From positions 260,023 to 324,022 of the forward strand of contig JBMORU010000001.1 of NCBI GenBank assembly GCA_049322215.1: a stretch of DNA of 64,000 bases, read 5' to 3'. The position numbers and the translations under genes are program-made. Below are positions 27,924-38,466 of this stretch, piece after piece. Source of the DNA: Patescibacteria group bacterium (GTDB taxonomy: Bacteria; Patescibacteriota; WWE3; UBA101185; UBA10185). Within the stretch, counting starts at the first letter, position 1; every line of letters starts with the position of its first letter. The notes under the pieces are model-generated. The model did no database searches and had not been told where the DNA came from. It saw only the letters and a list, made by a program, of their open reading frames with translations.

Positions 27924-28862
27924 TTAAGAAACTACCGGAAATAAATAGGTTATTCCTAAAATAGAAATTCCCCAAAGTATAACTGTTGCTAACAAGGGCT
28001 TATCTGAAAGTAACACTCGGGCAGGTGATTCACCTTCCTTTTTTTCGTAAATAACATATAGGTAACGGGCGACCCCATAAATAACCATAGGAATTGTAAG
28101 CATCATCCACTTTGGATTACTTAAAATGGACGGTAAGAAGTTTGCAAGTACAGGGCTTACTGCTTGTGGTGATACTTGAAATGTAAATAAGGCGTACGTA
28201 ATTATACAAAAGCTGGAGGAAGTAGATATCATACTATCAAGTAAGCTATCAGGATAATGTCTAAGCGTTTTTCTTGTTTTGTGTTCTTTCTCATTTTCGT
28301 ATTTTGACAAAAGAGTTTTTTCTGATCTCCTTTTACCAAAAGCCAAAAGTAGTGAAAGACCAATAGTTGCTAATATTAACCAGGAAGATATTGATATAGA
28401 AACGGCTAAACCGCCTGCAAATACTCTAACAACAAACCCGGTAGCAACAGTTAATGCATCTAAAATTATGACGTTTCTCAAAAATAAGCTGTATAAAAGC
28501 TGTAAAATTATGTATCCAATTGCTGCAATGCTAAAAAAAGTTCCTATAAAGTTTACAGAATAAAATATACCTACAAACATAGAGCCAAGCGCAAGTACCC
28601 ATGCTAAATTTTCTGAAACTTTACCTGAAGCTATTGGTCTATTTTTTTTCACTGGGTGTAATCTGTCTTTTGGAGCATCTACTATATCGTTAATTAAATA
28701 TATAGAAGCTGCAATAAAACAAAAGGCTATAAAGGCTTTTAAACTTAACAAAAAAATACCCGGGTTAAAGAAGTTTCCAAAAAAAACGGGTGCTGCGAAA
28801 ACGCTTACATTTTTAAGCCATTGTCTAGGTCTTACAGACCTGATTATATGGTAAAGTAGCAC
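27924..28862 (-). CDS. UbiA family decaprenyl-phosphate phosphoribosyltransferase-like protein
   Basis: RPRQWLKN, YLINDIVDAPKDRLHPVKKNRPIASG, FGKRRSE. Confidence 0.9.
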   Translation of the reverse strand: MLLYHIIRSVRPRQWLKNVSVFAAPVFFGNFFNPGIFLLSLKAFIAFCFIAASIYLINDIVDAPKDRLHPVKKNRPIASGKVSENLAWVLALGSMFVGIFYSVNFIGTFFSIAAIGYIILQLLYSLFLRNVIILDALTVATGFVVRVFAGGLAVSISISSWLILATIGLSLLLAFGKRRSEKTLLSKYENEKEHKTRKTLRHYPDSLLDSMISTSSSFCIITYALFTFQVSPQAVSPVLANFLPSILSNPKWMMLTIPMVIYGVARYLYVIYEKKEGESPARVLLSDKPLLATVILWGISILGITYLFPVVS

Positions 28863-28953
28863 AAGTGAATAATAGTGTGTTTATGCTATTATTTCAAGCC
28901 TAACTTATATTTAGCGTTTAAGTTTGTGCTACTTACATGCAATAATTAGATGT

Positions 28954-29415
28954 ATGGAAAACATTTCCTCACTGGTTGATAAAAGTCAAAAACCTGCCTC
29001 AAAATTAAGTATAGTTTCATTTTTATTTGTGTTAGAGGTTTTTGTACTAGGCTTAAGTTTATTGCCTACAAAAAACTTCCCAGATTCTAAGTCTCTGAAA
29101 GATCCGTATGCTGGTTTTGACGTTCTTTCTGCAACAGACCTACGCGATAACAAAGACACGCTAATTATTACCAATACTGATGAATCAGAAATGAGTCTTT
29201 TTAACCCTGTTACTCTTTATGTAAATGAGTCGGAAATAACTGACAAAGGTATAAACTCTTATTTTTGGTCTTCTGGAGACGGAGTTACTTACGATTCAAA
29301 AACGTTTACACATACTTATAAAGATGAAGGGGTTTATGAGGTGCAGTTACTTGTTGTAGATTCATCGGGTAATACTTTTAGTAGTTCTAAAGCCATTCGT
29401 ATTTTGGCTCAATAG
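28954..29415 (+). CDS. PKD-domain protein
   Basis: TM; YFWSSGDG...HTYKDEGVYEVQLLV. Confidence 0.8.
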   Translation: MENISSLVDKSQKPASKLSIVSFLFVLEVFVLGLSLLPTKNFPDSKSLKDPYAGFDVLSATDLRDNKDTLIITNTDESEMSLFNPVTLYVNESEITDKGINSYFWSSGDGVTYDSKTFTHTYKDEGVYEVQLLVVDSSGNTFSSSKAIRILAQ

Positions 29416-29463
29416 TATATTTTCTTGAACAAAAACTTAAAAACGGTTATAGTTCCAGTACTT

Positions 29464-29943
29464 ATGTTACTAACGCCACATACATTCGTAGGTATTGCAA
29501 TTGCAACCTCTATTCCCAATCCAATAATTTCAGTACCTCTATCGTTTTTAATGCATTTCGCAGGAGATAAAGTTCCTCATTGGGATTTTTACTCAAACAC
29601 TAAAAAAGAAGAGCGTTTAATTGGATGGCGTCCCTTGGCAGTTATGGCAGACTTGGTTGCAGGAGTTGCTGTTGGATTGACCTTTACTTACTATGCTTTG
29701 TGGGTAACTTTTGATACAAGTTTAGCTCTTAATATATTTTTGTGTGGAATTGCCTCTGTTTTACCTGATGCTTTAGAGGGTCCTTATATTTTTATGAAGT
29801 ATGAACCTAAATTTCTGCGTCACTTAACCAACCTCCAACGAAAAGCACAGTTTCAAGCGCCCTTGCCCTGGGGAATTTTATCGCAGGTTTTTGTTGTGCT
29901 AGTATGTCTTCTTCTAATTTATAATTCACCTCTAAGTGGTTGA
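29464..29943 (+). CDS. Membrane-bound metal-dependent hydrolase-like protein
   Basis: TPH, MHFAGDKVPHWD, LPD motifs. Confidence 0.65.
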   Translation: MLLTPHTFVGIAIATSIPNPIISVPLSFLMHFAGDKVPHWDFYSNTKKEERLIGWRPLAVMADLVAGVAVGLTFTYYALWVTFDTSLALNIFLCGIASVLPDALEGPYIFMKYEPKFLRHLTNLQRKAQFQAPLPWGILSQVFVVLVCLLLIYNSPLSG

Positions 29944-31696
29944 AATAAGCAAATACTTAAAATTTCGTAATATACAAATAACAATACTTTTTGTTTTAGT
30001 CATTAGTGTTTACGCTAATTCTTTAACTGGAGATTTTTTGTACTTAGATGATTATGGTGGTTTTGTTAACAATTCTGCAATTCAAAGCTTGTCTACAGCT
30101 TTTAAAAGCTTCAATATTAATACCGTTATTTACGCGCTAAGTTATAAACTGTTTGGTTTAAATCCTATACCGCTTCATATAATGTCTTTAATACTTCATT
30201 TAAGCAATGTGCTTTTAGGTTATACATTCTTGTCTAAATATTTTAAAAATGAAGTATCTTTTTTTTCTACCGCTTTATTTGCAGTGCACCCTGTTAATAC
30301 CGAAGTAGTTGCCTGGATTTCTGGTAGGCAATATTTATATGTACTACTGTTTTTGTTCCCTATTTTGCTGCTTTTAGATAAATTTCAACAGAGCAAAAAC
30401 ACAAAATACTATTGGTTTAGTGTTATATTTTACATTTTAGTGGTGTTTTTGTATCGAAATCCTCGTGTTGGTCTAATTCCCCCTGCGGTAGTGCTAATAA
30501 ATTATGGAATTATGTATAAAAAATACAAGCCGCTAGCTTTGTTAAAGTTTGTTCCCTATTTTATCGGAGGATTATTTTTGTGTTTACTTGTGTATTCTCC
30601 TATAAAAAACAGATTAGCCGAAAACGGTCCTAATTCTTTAGTTGGGTCAAATTATGTGGGTACTTACTTAAATGAGGAATCTTACATACCTATTGTAGAA
30701 AGTTACCCCTATACATTTTATTCTATGCTTCAATACTATATTTTTCCTGTTGAGCAAACTGTTTATCATGATGGGGGTTTGATAAATCGTTTTGAGTACA
30801 TATTTATGTTTTTACTTTTTATAGCATTTATTCAATTGCTTCTATATTTATTCTTTAAAAACGATAAACGTGCTTATGTGTTGTTACTTATGTTAGTTTT
30901 TTTGGCTCCATCTTTAAGTCCTGTTAAGCTAATTTGGTATTTTTCTGAAAGATATTTATATCTTGGAGGACTATTTTTCTTTTCTTTAGTTGTGTCTTTT
31001 TTATTTAAGTTTGTAGAAAAACGTAACCTAACGCGCCCCTTGTACATGTTTTTACTTTTTGTACTAGTTTTATTATCTTTAATGACTATAAAACGAAACA
31101 CTGCTTGGGCGAGTGACTATTCTTTGGCATTAGCTACTATTGAAGTAATTCCAAATAGCCCAAAAGGCTATAACGACTTAGGTAATGATATTTATAGACG
31201 AACTGGTGATTATAAGGAAGCTTTAAACCACTACAAAAGTGCTTTAAAGGCACATTCTGATAATCACGTTGCACTTAATAACTCTGGGTACATTCTTTTA
31301 AATGAGGGGATTCCTGCTATTGAGTACTTAGAGTATATATCTTCTAAAAATCCTAATTACTTTGAATTAGGCGTAACTTCGTTTGAAAATAAAAGTAATA
31401 CTAAAGCCATATACTATTTATCGCTGGCAAGCACATCAACTTTAGAAGAGGAAAAGCTTCGTTTAAATATTATTGCAGAATTGTTAGCTAGCTCTTTTAA
31501 GTATAGCGATGCCTTAGTTTATATTGAACATGCTTACACTATTGATTCTTCTTTTCAGCGCACTTTGCTAAATTTGTTTATTATCAATTTTCAATTAAAA
31601 AATACTGCAGAATCACAAAAAGTACTTGATGAGTATGTTGCGTTATTTGGCGAGGATTTTTACTATTACGAAATGCTTAGTCTTTTAAAAGAATAA
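29936..31696 (+). CDS. GT-C glycosyltransferase with TPRs (TMTC-like)
   Basis: FLYLDD, LFAVHPVNTEVVAWISGR, ERYLY, C-terminal TPRs. Confidence 0.8.
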   Translation: MVEISKYLKFRNIQITILFVLVISVYANSLTGDFLYLDDYGGFVNNSAIQSLSTAFKSFNINTVIYALSYKLFGLNPIPLHIMSLILHLSNVLLGYTFLSKYFKNEVSFFSTALFAVHPVNTEVVAWISGRQYLYVLLFLFPILLLLDKFQQSKNTKYYWFSVIFYILVVFLYRNPRVGLIPPAVVLINYGIMYKKYKPLALLKFVPYFIGGLFLCLLVYSPIKNRLAENGPNSLVGSNYVGTYLNEESYIPIVESYPYTFYSMLQYYIFPVEQTVYHDGGLINRFEYIFMFLLFIAFIQLLLYLFFKNDKRAYVLLLMLVFLAPSLSPVKLIWYFSERYLYLGGLFFFSLVVSFLFKFVEKRNLTRPLYMFLLFVLVLLSLMTIKRNTAWASDYSLALATIEVIPNSPKGYNDLGNDIYRRTGDYKEALNHYKSALKAHSDNHVALNNSGYILLNEGIPAIEYLEYISSKNPNYFELGVTSFENKSNTKAIYYLSLASTSTLEEEKLRLNIIAELLASSFKYSDALVYIEHAYTIDSSFQRTLLNLFIINFQLKNTAESQKVLDEYVALFGEDFYYYEMLSLLKE

Positions 31697-31699
31697 TAG

Positions 31700-33199
31700 C
31701 TACTTTTTTTCTTTGCTTAAGGGACTCATATTAACCGATAAAATAAAAAAAGCTACTATGCCCCCTAATGTTAAAATTACCAGTGGCGTATCTTTTTCAG
31801 CTGAAACTATACCTATTACACCTAAAATTGCTGTTGAAATCCAATAAAATATAGCAGTTTTTTTGACACTCCATCCTCTACGTAAAAGCAAATGATGCAA
31901 ATGGCCTTTGTCTCCTTTGTAAGGCGCTTTTTTTTGTAATATTCTTCTTAACACTGTAAAAGAGCCATCTAAAAACGGTATAAGTAATACAATTATAGAA
32001 GTTGCAATTTTTGCACGAGTGATAATAGATAGTGAAGCAATTACTGCTCCTGCAGACATTGCACCAAATCCCCATAAAATTTTTGATGGGTGCCAATTGT
32101 ACGGTAATATGCCTAAGCTTGCTCCGGCTAATACTGCTGCAATTTTTGCTGCTTGTTCTTGTTCTGGTTCAATATTTATTAATCTCAAAGCCAATATAGC
32201 TATAACTATGGCAGCAATACCTACTATACCTGAATACTGTCCATCTATTCCGTTTGACCAAGATAGCATGTTCATTACCCAAAGAATCCATAAAAAAGTA
32301 AACAAAATAGCTACAGGGGCAATTGTTAGCGATCCTGCTTGAAGCTTAAAGCTATTCAATATCAGTGCTCCATTAAAAGGGTTTCCAATTATATCTGTTT
32401 GTACTCCTGACATTAAAATGGGTAAAACAGCTATAGGAAGTAAAATAAATAGTCTAATTAGGGGATTACCCGCAAACTTTAGTTTGTAATTTGGATTGGT
32501 ATTTGCATAATCGTCCATTAAACCAATGATTGCTGTTAGCATTACCGTAGTGAGAACCCCCACCACTTCTTTGCTTATTGGTATAAAAATTATAACTGTA
32601 ATCAAAAAAGCTATAGAAAATACTATGCCCCCACCCCTTACTGCTGGCTGTTTCAGTAGCATTCCAGGATGTTTATGTACGGCAGGGTCTGTTACTAAGT
32701 CTCTGCTTTTTGCAAACTTAATAAACCTTGGCGTTATAAAGTATGCTAGTCCAAGAGAAAATACAAATGGAACTAACATTTCAAGGTATAAAGGCTCAAT
32801 TAATGGGTTAAATGTAGTAGATGCCTTAAATATTATTCTCACGAGCGAAAAAGTTAACAGTATATTAGCTAAGGTGATAACATAGTAAATTAGTATTTCA
32901 GAAAATCTGAAAAGTCTTTTTTTTGTTATTATACTTAGCCATACACCAATAATTAAAAGGCTAAGCATAAGTCCAGGCATTATAAATAAAAGACTTTTTT
33001 CTGCTAGTTGTGTATTACCCCAAGGTTTTGTATACCACAAAGGAACCATATCATTTATATACTGAAAACGAGTTTTAAGATAAAGAAATGAGCCTATCAC
33101 GATAATAGTATTTATTACTATTACTTCACCTAGATTTTCGGGAAATCTCCTTTTGGCATCTTTCAGCTTTTTTGAAACGTTTTTAAATACTTTTAGCAT
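31700..33199 (-). CDS. MraY/WecA family polyprenyl-phosphate sugar-phosphate transferase with N-terminal membrane extension
   Basis: IGLMDD, NGIDG, YNWHPSKI, DKGHLHHLL. Confidence 0.88.
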   Translation of the reverse strand: MLKVFKNVSKKLKDAKRRFPENLGEVIVINTIIVIGSFLYLKTRFQYINDMVPLWYTKPWGNTQLAEKSLLFIMPGLMLSLLIIGVWLSIITKKRLFRFSEILIYYVITLANILLTFSLVRIIFKASTTFNPLIEPLYLEMLVPFVFSLGLAYFITPRFIKFAKSRDLVTDPAVHKHPGMLLKQPAVRGGGIVFSIAFLITVIIFIPISKEVVGVLTTVMLTAIIGLMDDYANTNPNYKLKFAGNPLIRLFILLPIAVLPILMSGVQTDIIGNPFNGALILNSFKLQAGSLTIAPVAILFTFLWILWVMNMLSWSNGIDGQYSGIVGIAAIVIAILALRLINIEPEQEQAAKIAAVLAGASLGILPYNWHPSKILWGFGAMSAGAVIASLSIITRAKIATSIIVLLIPFLDGSFTVLRRILQKKAPYKGDKGHLHHLLLRRGWSVKKTAIFYWISTAILGVIGIVSAEKDTPLVILTLGGIVAFFILSVNMSPLSKEKK

Positions 33200-34745
33200 T
33201 TCTTACCTTAGGGGTATGATAATGGTCTTTCATTTTTTTACCTAACATCATTCTTGTTTGTGCATCAACGTAAGGAATGAATGAGTATGTTAATAAGTTA
33301 ACAATTACTAAAGGGCTTTCAAGAAATACCAAAGCCTTTTTCCAAACTGGCCATGTTTTTGGCATAGGTCTGGAAATTTTGGATCTTATAATAATTCCTG
33401 GTACAAAAAATACCATAGTAAAAGTTAATATTACGCTCATCATGTCTGGTAGGCTATATGCAAAACTTGTTTGTTTAATATTTGGGTTTGTTAATGTAGC
33501 AATACCGAATCCAAAAGTCATTAAAAATACCATGTTTACCAAAAGAATTCTTTTATGCAAATGCTTCATAGTCCACATTATTTTTTTACTCAAAGATACT
33601 TCTTTATTCGTTAAAAAGCCTTTTACCGAAAGTGGAAAATCAATTACACCGTATCCCCATCTTAATAACTGCTTATACATGCTTACGTGAGACTCTAAGA
33701 AAGTTTTACCTTGCACAGCGTCTGCTGAAAAAGGAATATAGTGTGGTGTTCCTACATAATCACCATTTCTAGCAAAGAAAGCTCTCCAGTAATATATTGT
33801 GTCATCTATTCCTAAAGCAGGGTCCCAATAATCAGCATCAATTAAAGTTTGAAGTGAGGTAGAGTAGGCGGCAAAGTTATCCTTCGTTGGAGCGTTATCG
33901 TGAAAAGCCCAGTCGGATAAGGTTCCAATAGTAACAAAGCTTGCTTCCATTCTCATTAATGTTGGCACGTCCCAACTGTTATTATTAAATGTATAAACTG
34001 CTGACGAGTAAAATCTATTGTCTCTTTTGTCAGAGGTTAAGTATAAGTGGGTGAGTCTAGCTATATATTGTTCGTGTAATACGTGATCACAGTCTATTGT
34101 AGTAAAAATAAAATCCCTTATTGGTTGATTTTCGTTAACTAATTTTTGTACAGCATGTTTTGCTCCCCATGTTCTGTTTGCGGCAGCAACACCTATAGCT
34201 TCTCCAGGTATTCCTGCAGGGTGTACGAAAAACATAAATTGCTCTAGTTTATCTATTCTGTCACCAATTGCTTCTAAAACATTGGCTTTAACCTGATCCT
34301 GATATTTTTCTTCTGCGGTAAATACTAAAGTGGTTTGGTTTACAGGAAATGTTTGATTAAAAACAGCATCAATGGCAGGTTTTAAAACAGCAACGGGTTC
34401 GTTGACTACAGGAATTAGTATAAAGTGTTTAATACTTTCAAGATTTTTCGGTAGAGTTTTTTTATCGGGTAAAGTAGAAAACTCCAATTTGCTGCACTCT
34501 AACATCCAGTCTACTTTTAATTCGTTTTTATATTTTATATAACCCATTATGCTGCCTAAAGTGCCTTTTACCGCTAAGTACGACCAATAAACTGTTATAA
34601 AGGTTAATAAATAAACTACTGCCTCAGGGTATATTAAAGACAGCCAAACTGGTGAAAGTATAAAAGCCCAGGTAAGCATCCCGGGTATAATTTCTAAAAG
34701 CCTATGAACTTGTTTATCGTATTTAATTACGAATTCTCTTACCAT
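33183..34745 (-). CDS. GT2-like membrane glycosyltransferase
   Basis: TTIDCD, IDD, QLLRW (QxxRW). Confidence 0.8.
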   Translation of the reverse strand: MVREFVIKYDKQVHRLLEIIPGMLTWAFILSPVWLSLIYPEAVVYLLTFITVYWSYLAVKGTLGSIMGYIKYKNELKVDWMLECSKLEFSTLPDKKTLPKNLESIKHFILIPVVNEPVAVLKPAIDAVFNQTFPVNQTTLVFTAEEKYQDQVKANVLEAIGDRIDKLEQFMFFVHPAGIPGEAIGVAAANRTWGAKHAVQKLVNENQPIRDFIFTTIDCDHVLHEQYIARLTHLYLTSDKRDNRFYSSAVYTFNNNSWDVPTLMRMEASFVTIGTLSDWAFHDNAPTKDNFAAYSTSLQTLIDADYWDPALGIDDTIYYWRAFFARNGDYVGTPHYIPFSADAVQGKTFLESHVSMYKQLLRWGYGVIDFPLSVKGFLTNKEVSLSKKIMWTMKHLHKRILLVNMVFLMTFGFGIATLTNPNIKQTSFAYSLPDMMSVILTFTMVFFVPGIIIRSKISRPMPKTWPVWKKALVFLESPLVIVNLLTYSFIPYVDAQTRMMLGKKMKDHYHTPKVRNAKSI

Positions 34746-35527
34746 GTTAAGTCTTTTAATCCAAAAATAGCGCAGGTATTTTTAACTGAAAAATCTGATA
34801 TTATCTCAAATTTTTCTTTTTTAACCTCCGCTACTTTTTCAGCGATTATTTTAACATATTTGGGTTCGTTAATCTTGTTCCTATAGCCTTCAGGGGAAAG
34901 GTAAGGAGCATCAGTTTCTACTATAAAACGATCTAAAGGTGTTTTTATAACCGTTTCCCACAGTGACCGTCCAGATTTATAAGTTATTATTCCTGAAAAT
35001 GAAATATAAAATCCTAAATCAATATACTGTTTTGCTATTTCCCAAGTTGAAGCAAAACAGTGTACCACACCCCTTAAGCTTTTTGACTTATACTGCTTAA
35101 GTAAACTCAAAACTTCTTTGTCTGCATTTCTGTTATGTATTACTAATGGTAAGTTATTTTTTAAGGCGAGTTGAATTTGCATTTCAAAAAGAGCTAGTTG
35201 CTCTTGCACCAATCTTCCTCCTTTCCAATCCGTTATGTCAACACCACATTCCCCAATTGCTACTACGTTTTCACCATTAATTAGTTTGCTTAGTTCTTTT
35301 TCTAATAAATCTATTGGAGTATTTAACTCTTCATGTGGATATATACCTACTGCACAAAAAATTTCACTATTGGTATTTGCTAAGGTACACGCATTTTTGC
35401 TGTCTGAAATATTTGTTCCTATAGTGATAAATGCACCAATCCCCTCATTTTTTGCATCAGAGATTATTTTTTTAAAGTTATTATTAAGTTTTTCATCTGT
35501 GAGATGGCAATGTGAATCTATAAGCAT
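34739..35527 (-). CDS. tatD: TatD family hydrolase
   Basis: DSHCH, AIGECG, HNR, HCF, ETDAPYL. Confidence 0.95.
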   Translation of the reverse strand: MLIDSHCHLTDEKLNNNFKKIISDAKNEGIGAFITIGTNISDSKNACTLANTNSEIFCAVGIYPHEELNTPIDLLEKELSKLINGENVVAIGECGVDITDWKGGRLVQEQLALFEMQIQLALKNNLPLVIHNRNADKEVLSLLKQYKSKSLRGVVHCFASTWEIAKQYIDLGFYISFSGIITYKSGRSLWETVIKTPLDRFIVETDAPYLSPEGYRNKINEPKYVKIIAEKVAEVKKEKFEIISDFSVKNTCAIFGLKDLTW

Positions 35528-35583
35528 TATTTGTATTATACTTGTTTGAAGTATAATGACATTGAGAATGTTTTTGATATCTT

Positions 35584-36513
35584 ATGTTTAAAACAACTGT
35601 CTACAAAATTTTTGCTTATATTTTATTTTTTTTAACTTCAGTTACTGTAGTTTTTGCACAGGAAACAAATCCCTTTTCGAATATTATTAACTCTCCTGAA
35701 AAGCCTTTATATAAGCAGGATTATATTTTTGATGAGACTAATGATTCAAAAAAGAACTTTTATAAATCTTTTGACTTATTTCCTGTTGCGGACTTTATGA
35801 GCTTAAGGGATTCCTATGTGCAGTTTCTTGAATTAAATTGTGAAGGTACTATTGATCGCTGTGATCCTACTAATGCTGTTGTTTTGGCGCGCACCAAGGA
35901 ATTATTAACAAAAAAGGTAGATGCTTTTGATTCATATTTTGTAGTAATTATTTCTAACGTGAGTAAAAATGAAAACTTAGCACCTGATGATCAAGAGTTA
36001 TTAATAACCTTGATGAAAAGCTATACTGACCGTTTAGATAGGCTAAAGACATCTGTTAACTCTACTAATAATATAACTGTTTTACGTGATTTATCTACAC
36101 AAATTGACCAACAAATAACATTAAGTTTAGATATTATTAAAGGCACTGCGGGCGACGCTTATATAAAAAAAGGTAAAACCTATATAATCACATATTCTAG
36201 TCTCTTAGATACATTGAATAGCCATGTTAACTCCGCAATAAAAGTAGGTAATAATATGGACGCGTCTAGTTCTAATTTGAATACTGCAGGCGAGTTGTTG
36301 CAAGAAGCGTCAAAAGATTTTGATTCCGCAGACCAATTATTAACCGCAGCAAACAAATCTAGTGATCCTTTAGGCGCTGCAAATACTGCCTATGCTGACT
36401 TTTCGTCGGGTTTAATGAAACTACGCAGAGTTAGAAACTTATTGAATTTAGTAATTTTAGATCTAGATACTGCCTATGAAAAAAATAGTTGGAAGCTGGA
36501 GGTACAAGAATGA
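35584..36513 (+). CDS. Secreted helical hypothetical protein
   Basis: Signal peptide ending VFA-QE; 309 aa. Confidence 0.7.
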   Translation: MFKTTVYKIFAYILFFLTSVTVVFAQETNPFSNIINSPEKPLYKQDYIFDETNDSKKNFYKSFDLFPVADFMSLRDSYVQFLELNCEGTIDRCDPTNAVVLARTKELLTKKVDAFDSYFVVIISNVSKNENLAPDDQELLITLMKSYTDRLDRLKTSVNSTNNITVLRDLSTQIDQQITLSLDIIKGTAGDAYIKKGKTYIITYSSLLDTLNSHVNSAIKVGNNMDASSSNLNTAGELLQEASKDFDSADQLLTAANKSSDPLGAANTAYADFSSGLMKLRRVRNLLNLVILDLDTAYEKNSWKLEVQE

Positions 36514-36938
36514 AACTTCCTAAAAGTTTTCAAACAAAAAAACCAAAACACAAAAGCAATAAGCATGCTATTGAAGATAAACATGTTATTTCTAATGCAT
36601 ATTTTGAGCCTTTAGAACCAATGAAATCCTCTGGCTTGTCTACAACATATAAGCAGTATTTGACTTTTGGCGTATTTATACTGTTAGCTATTGGCGTTTT
36701 ATCATTTTTTTACTTGAATAGCAGAAGTCGCGAATTTTCAAAAGATAGCGTTACCATTGACTTAGTATCTCCCGACACTACACCAGGAATTTCAAAGCCT
36801 AACCCAGTAGAGGTTTCCCCCATTGAAGAAATAAAAACAAATGCTGATATGTTGGGTGACGATTTAGATAAATTTGCCATCGAATCTGATTTAGATGGTT
36901 TTAAAACTGATTTGGGACTAGATTCCCCCATTTTTTAG
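36510..36938 (+). CDS. Single-TM hypothetical protein
   Basis: ATGA coupling to the upstream gene; GGAGG SD. Confidence 0.65.
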   Translation: MKLPKSFQTKKPKHKSNKHAIEDKHVISNAYFEPLEPMKSSGLSTTYKQYLTFGVFILLAIGVLSFFYLNSRSREFSKDSVTIDLVSPDTTPGISKPNPVEVSPIEEIKTNADMLGDDLDKFAIESDLDGFKTDLGLDSPIF

Positions 36939-37301
36939 CTATCTTAACGATTTTATATACGCATATATAGAAAAATACAAAAGAATAAAAAGAACAATGT
37001 TTAAACTGTTTACAATACTAAATGCTCTAAATGCAAATAAGGCGGTAATACCCAAGCTAATAAAAGCCGCCCAGATAAAGGATTTTCTATAGATTTTCCG
37101 TAAGTTTGAGTATTGTGGGGCTTTTTTGTGCTTAAAAATGTATATAGCTATAGAAATAGTGAACGACATTGTAACAAAAATTAAAGCCAATACAGTAGCT
37201 ATTATTTTATTATTTTCCGGGGGATGTATTGCAAGGATTCTAGCTAATACTATCCACAATCCTGCTGTTAATAGTACTACGGTGTAAAAAAATTTAGGCA
37301 T
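36939..37301 (-). CDS. 4-TM membrane protein
   Basis: 120 aa, hydrophobic. Confidence 0.65.
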   Translation of the reverse strand: MPKFFYTVVLLTAGLWIVLARILAIHPPENNKIIATVLALIFVTMSFTISIAIYIFKHKKAPQYSNLRKIYRKSFIWAAFISLGITALFAFRAFSIVNSLNIVLFILLYFSIYAYIKSLR

Positions 37302-37334
37302 ATACGCATATTAACATTCTGATAGAATACCTTC

Positions 37335-38387
37335 ATGGATCCTGTTCAACTTATTTTGCTTGTTTTAGTTTTAGTCATTGTTGCTGTCGTTTCTGTTATG
37401 TTTTTTGTATCTAAGCAAGTAACAACCTTAAAAACAGAACTTTCCAGTGATTCTGATGTCATATTACTAGAGTGGCTTAAAGAAATGAAAACAAGTGTTG
37501 ATAAAAATTCTGATGTTTTAGAGCGCCAACTAAAAGATCATCGTTCTGCTATGAATGAGCAAACCAAATTAATGTGGGAACGCCTAGACAATGCTTCAAA
37601 GGTTATAGGTGATGTACAGCAGCATTTGGGTGGTTTGCAGGAATTTGGTAAAGATATGAAAGACTTAAGCAACATACTTAAGTCTCCAAAACTTAGAGGC
37701 GGTTTAGGTGAACAATTTTTGTATGAAATTCTTGATAATTCTCTTCCTAAAGAAATGTATAAAGCGCAGTATAAATTCAGAGATGGGAGCGTTTGTGACG
37801 CAATAATAATCACAGAAAAGGGCATAATTCCTATAGATTCTAAGTTCCCTATGGAAAACTTTAAATTAATGCTTACTGAAGGCGACGATCTTGCCAGAGA
37901 AAAAGCTAAAAAAGTTTTTGTACGTGATGTTAAAAAGAGAATAGACGAAATTTCTTCTAAATACATTTTACCTGAAGAGGGTACTACCGATCAGGCAGTT
38001 ATGTATGTTCCTTCAGAAAATGTTTATTACGAGCTAATTGTTAACACTCCTGAGATTGAAGAATACTCTAAGCAAAAAAACGTGGTTTTGGCTTCTCCAA
38101 ACACGCTATCTTACTTTTTAAAAGTTATCCTAGTTGCTTTTCAGCAGCATGAGTTGCAAAAACATGCTGGAGATATATTAAAGTCACTAGCAGGAATAAA
38201 GGTGGAAGCACAAAAGTTTGAAGGCGAACTCGATGTCTTAGATGGTCATATTTCACGAACATTTAAATCTATGGATAATGTTAAGTCTAAATATCAAAGA
38301 CTATTTGGAAAAATCGAGTCTGTTCACACATTAGATAGCGAAACGGAGACACCCTTGATTGATAGTGATCAAGCAGAGGTGTTTTAA
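37335..38387 (+). CDS. rmuC: DNA recombination protein RmuC
   Basis: KLRGGLGE, IPIDSKFP, SKYILPEEGT, MYVPSE, SPNTL. Confidence 0.92.
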   Translation: MDPVQLILLVLVLVIVAVVSVMFFVSKQVTTLKTELSSDSDVILLEWLKEMKTSVDKNSDVLERQLKDHRSAMNEQTKLMWERLDNASKVIGDVQQHLGGLQEFGKDMKDLSNILKSPKLRGGLGEQFLYEILDNSLPKEMYKAQYKFRDGSVCDAIIITEKGIIPIDSKFPMENFKLMLTEGDDLAREKAKKVFVRDVKKRIDEISSKYILPEEGTTDQAVMYVPSENVYYELIVNTPEIEEYSKQKNVVLASPNTLSYFLKVILVAFQQHELQKHAGDILKSLAGIKVEAQKFEGELDVLDGHISRTFKSMDNVKSKYQRLFGKIESVHTLDSETETPLIDSDQAEVF

Positions 38388-38466
38388 TTTTGCTTTTTTT
38401 ACTTATCCAAATCTCTCCTTATTTAGTTTCTCGAATATTTTAACATTAGTACGTTATAATGCTCCC

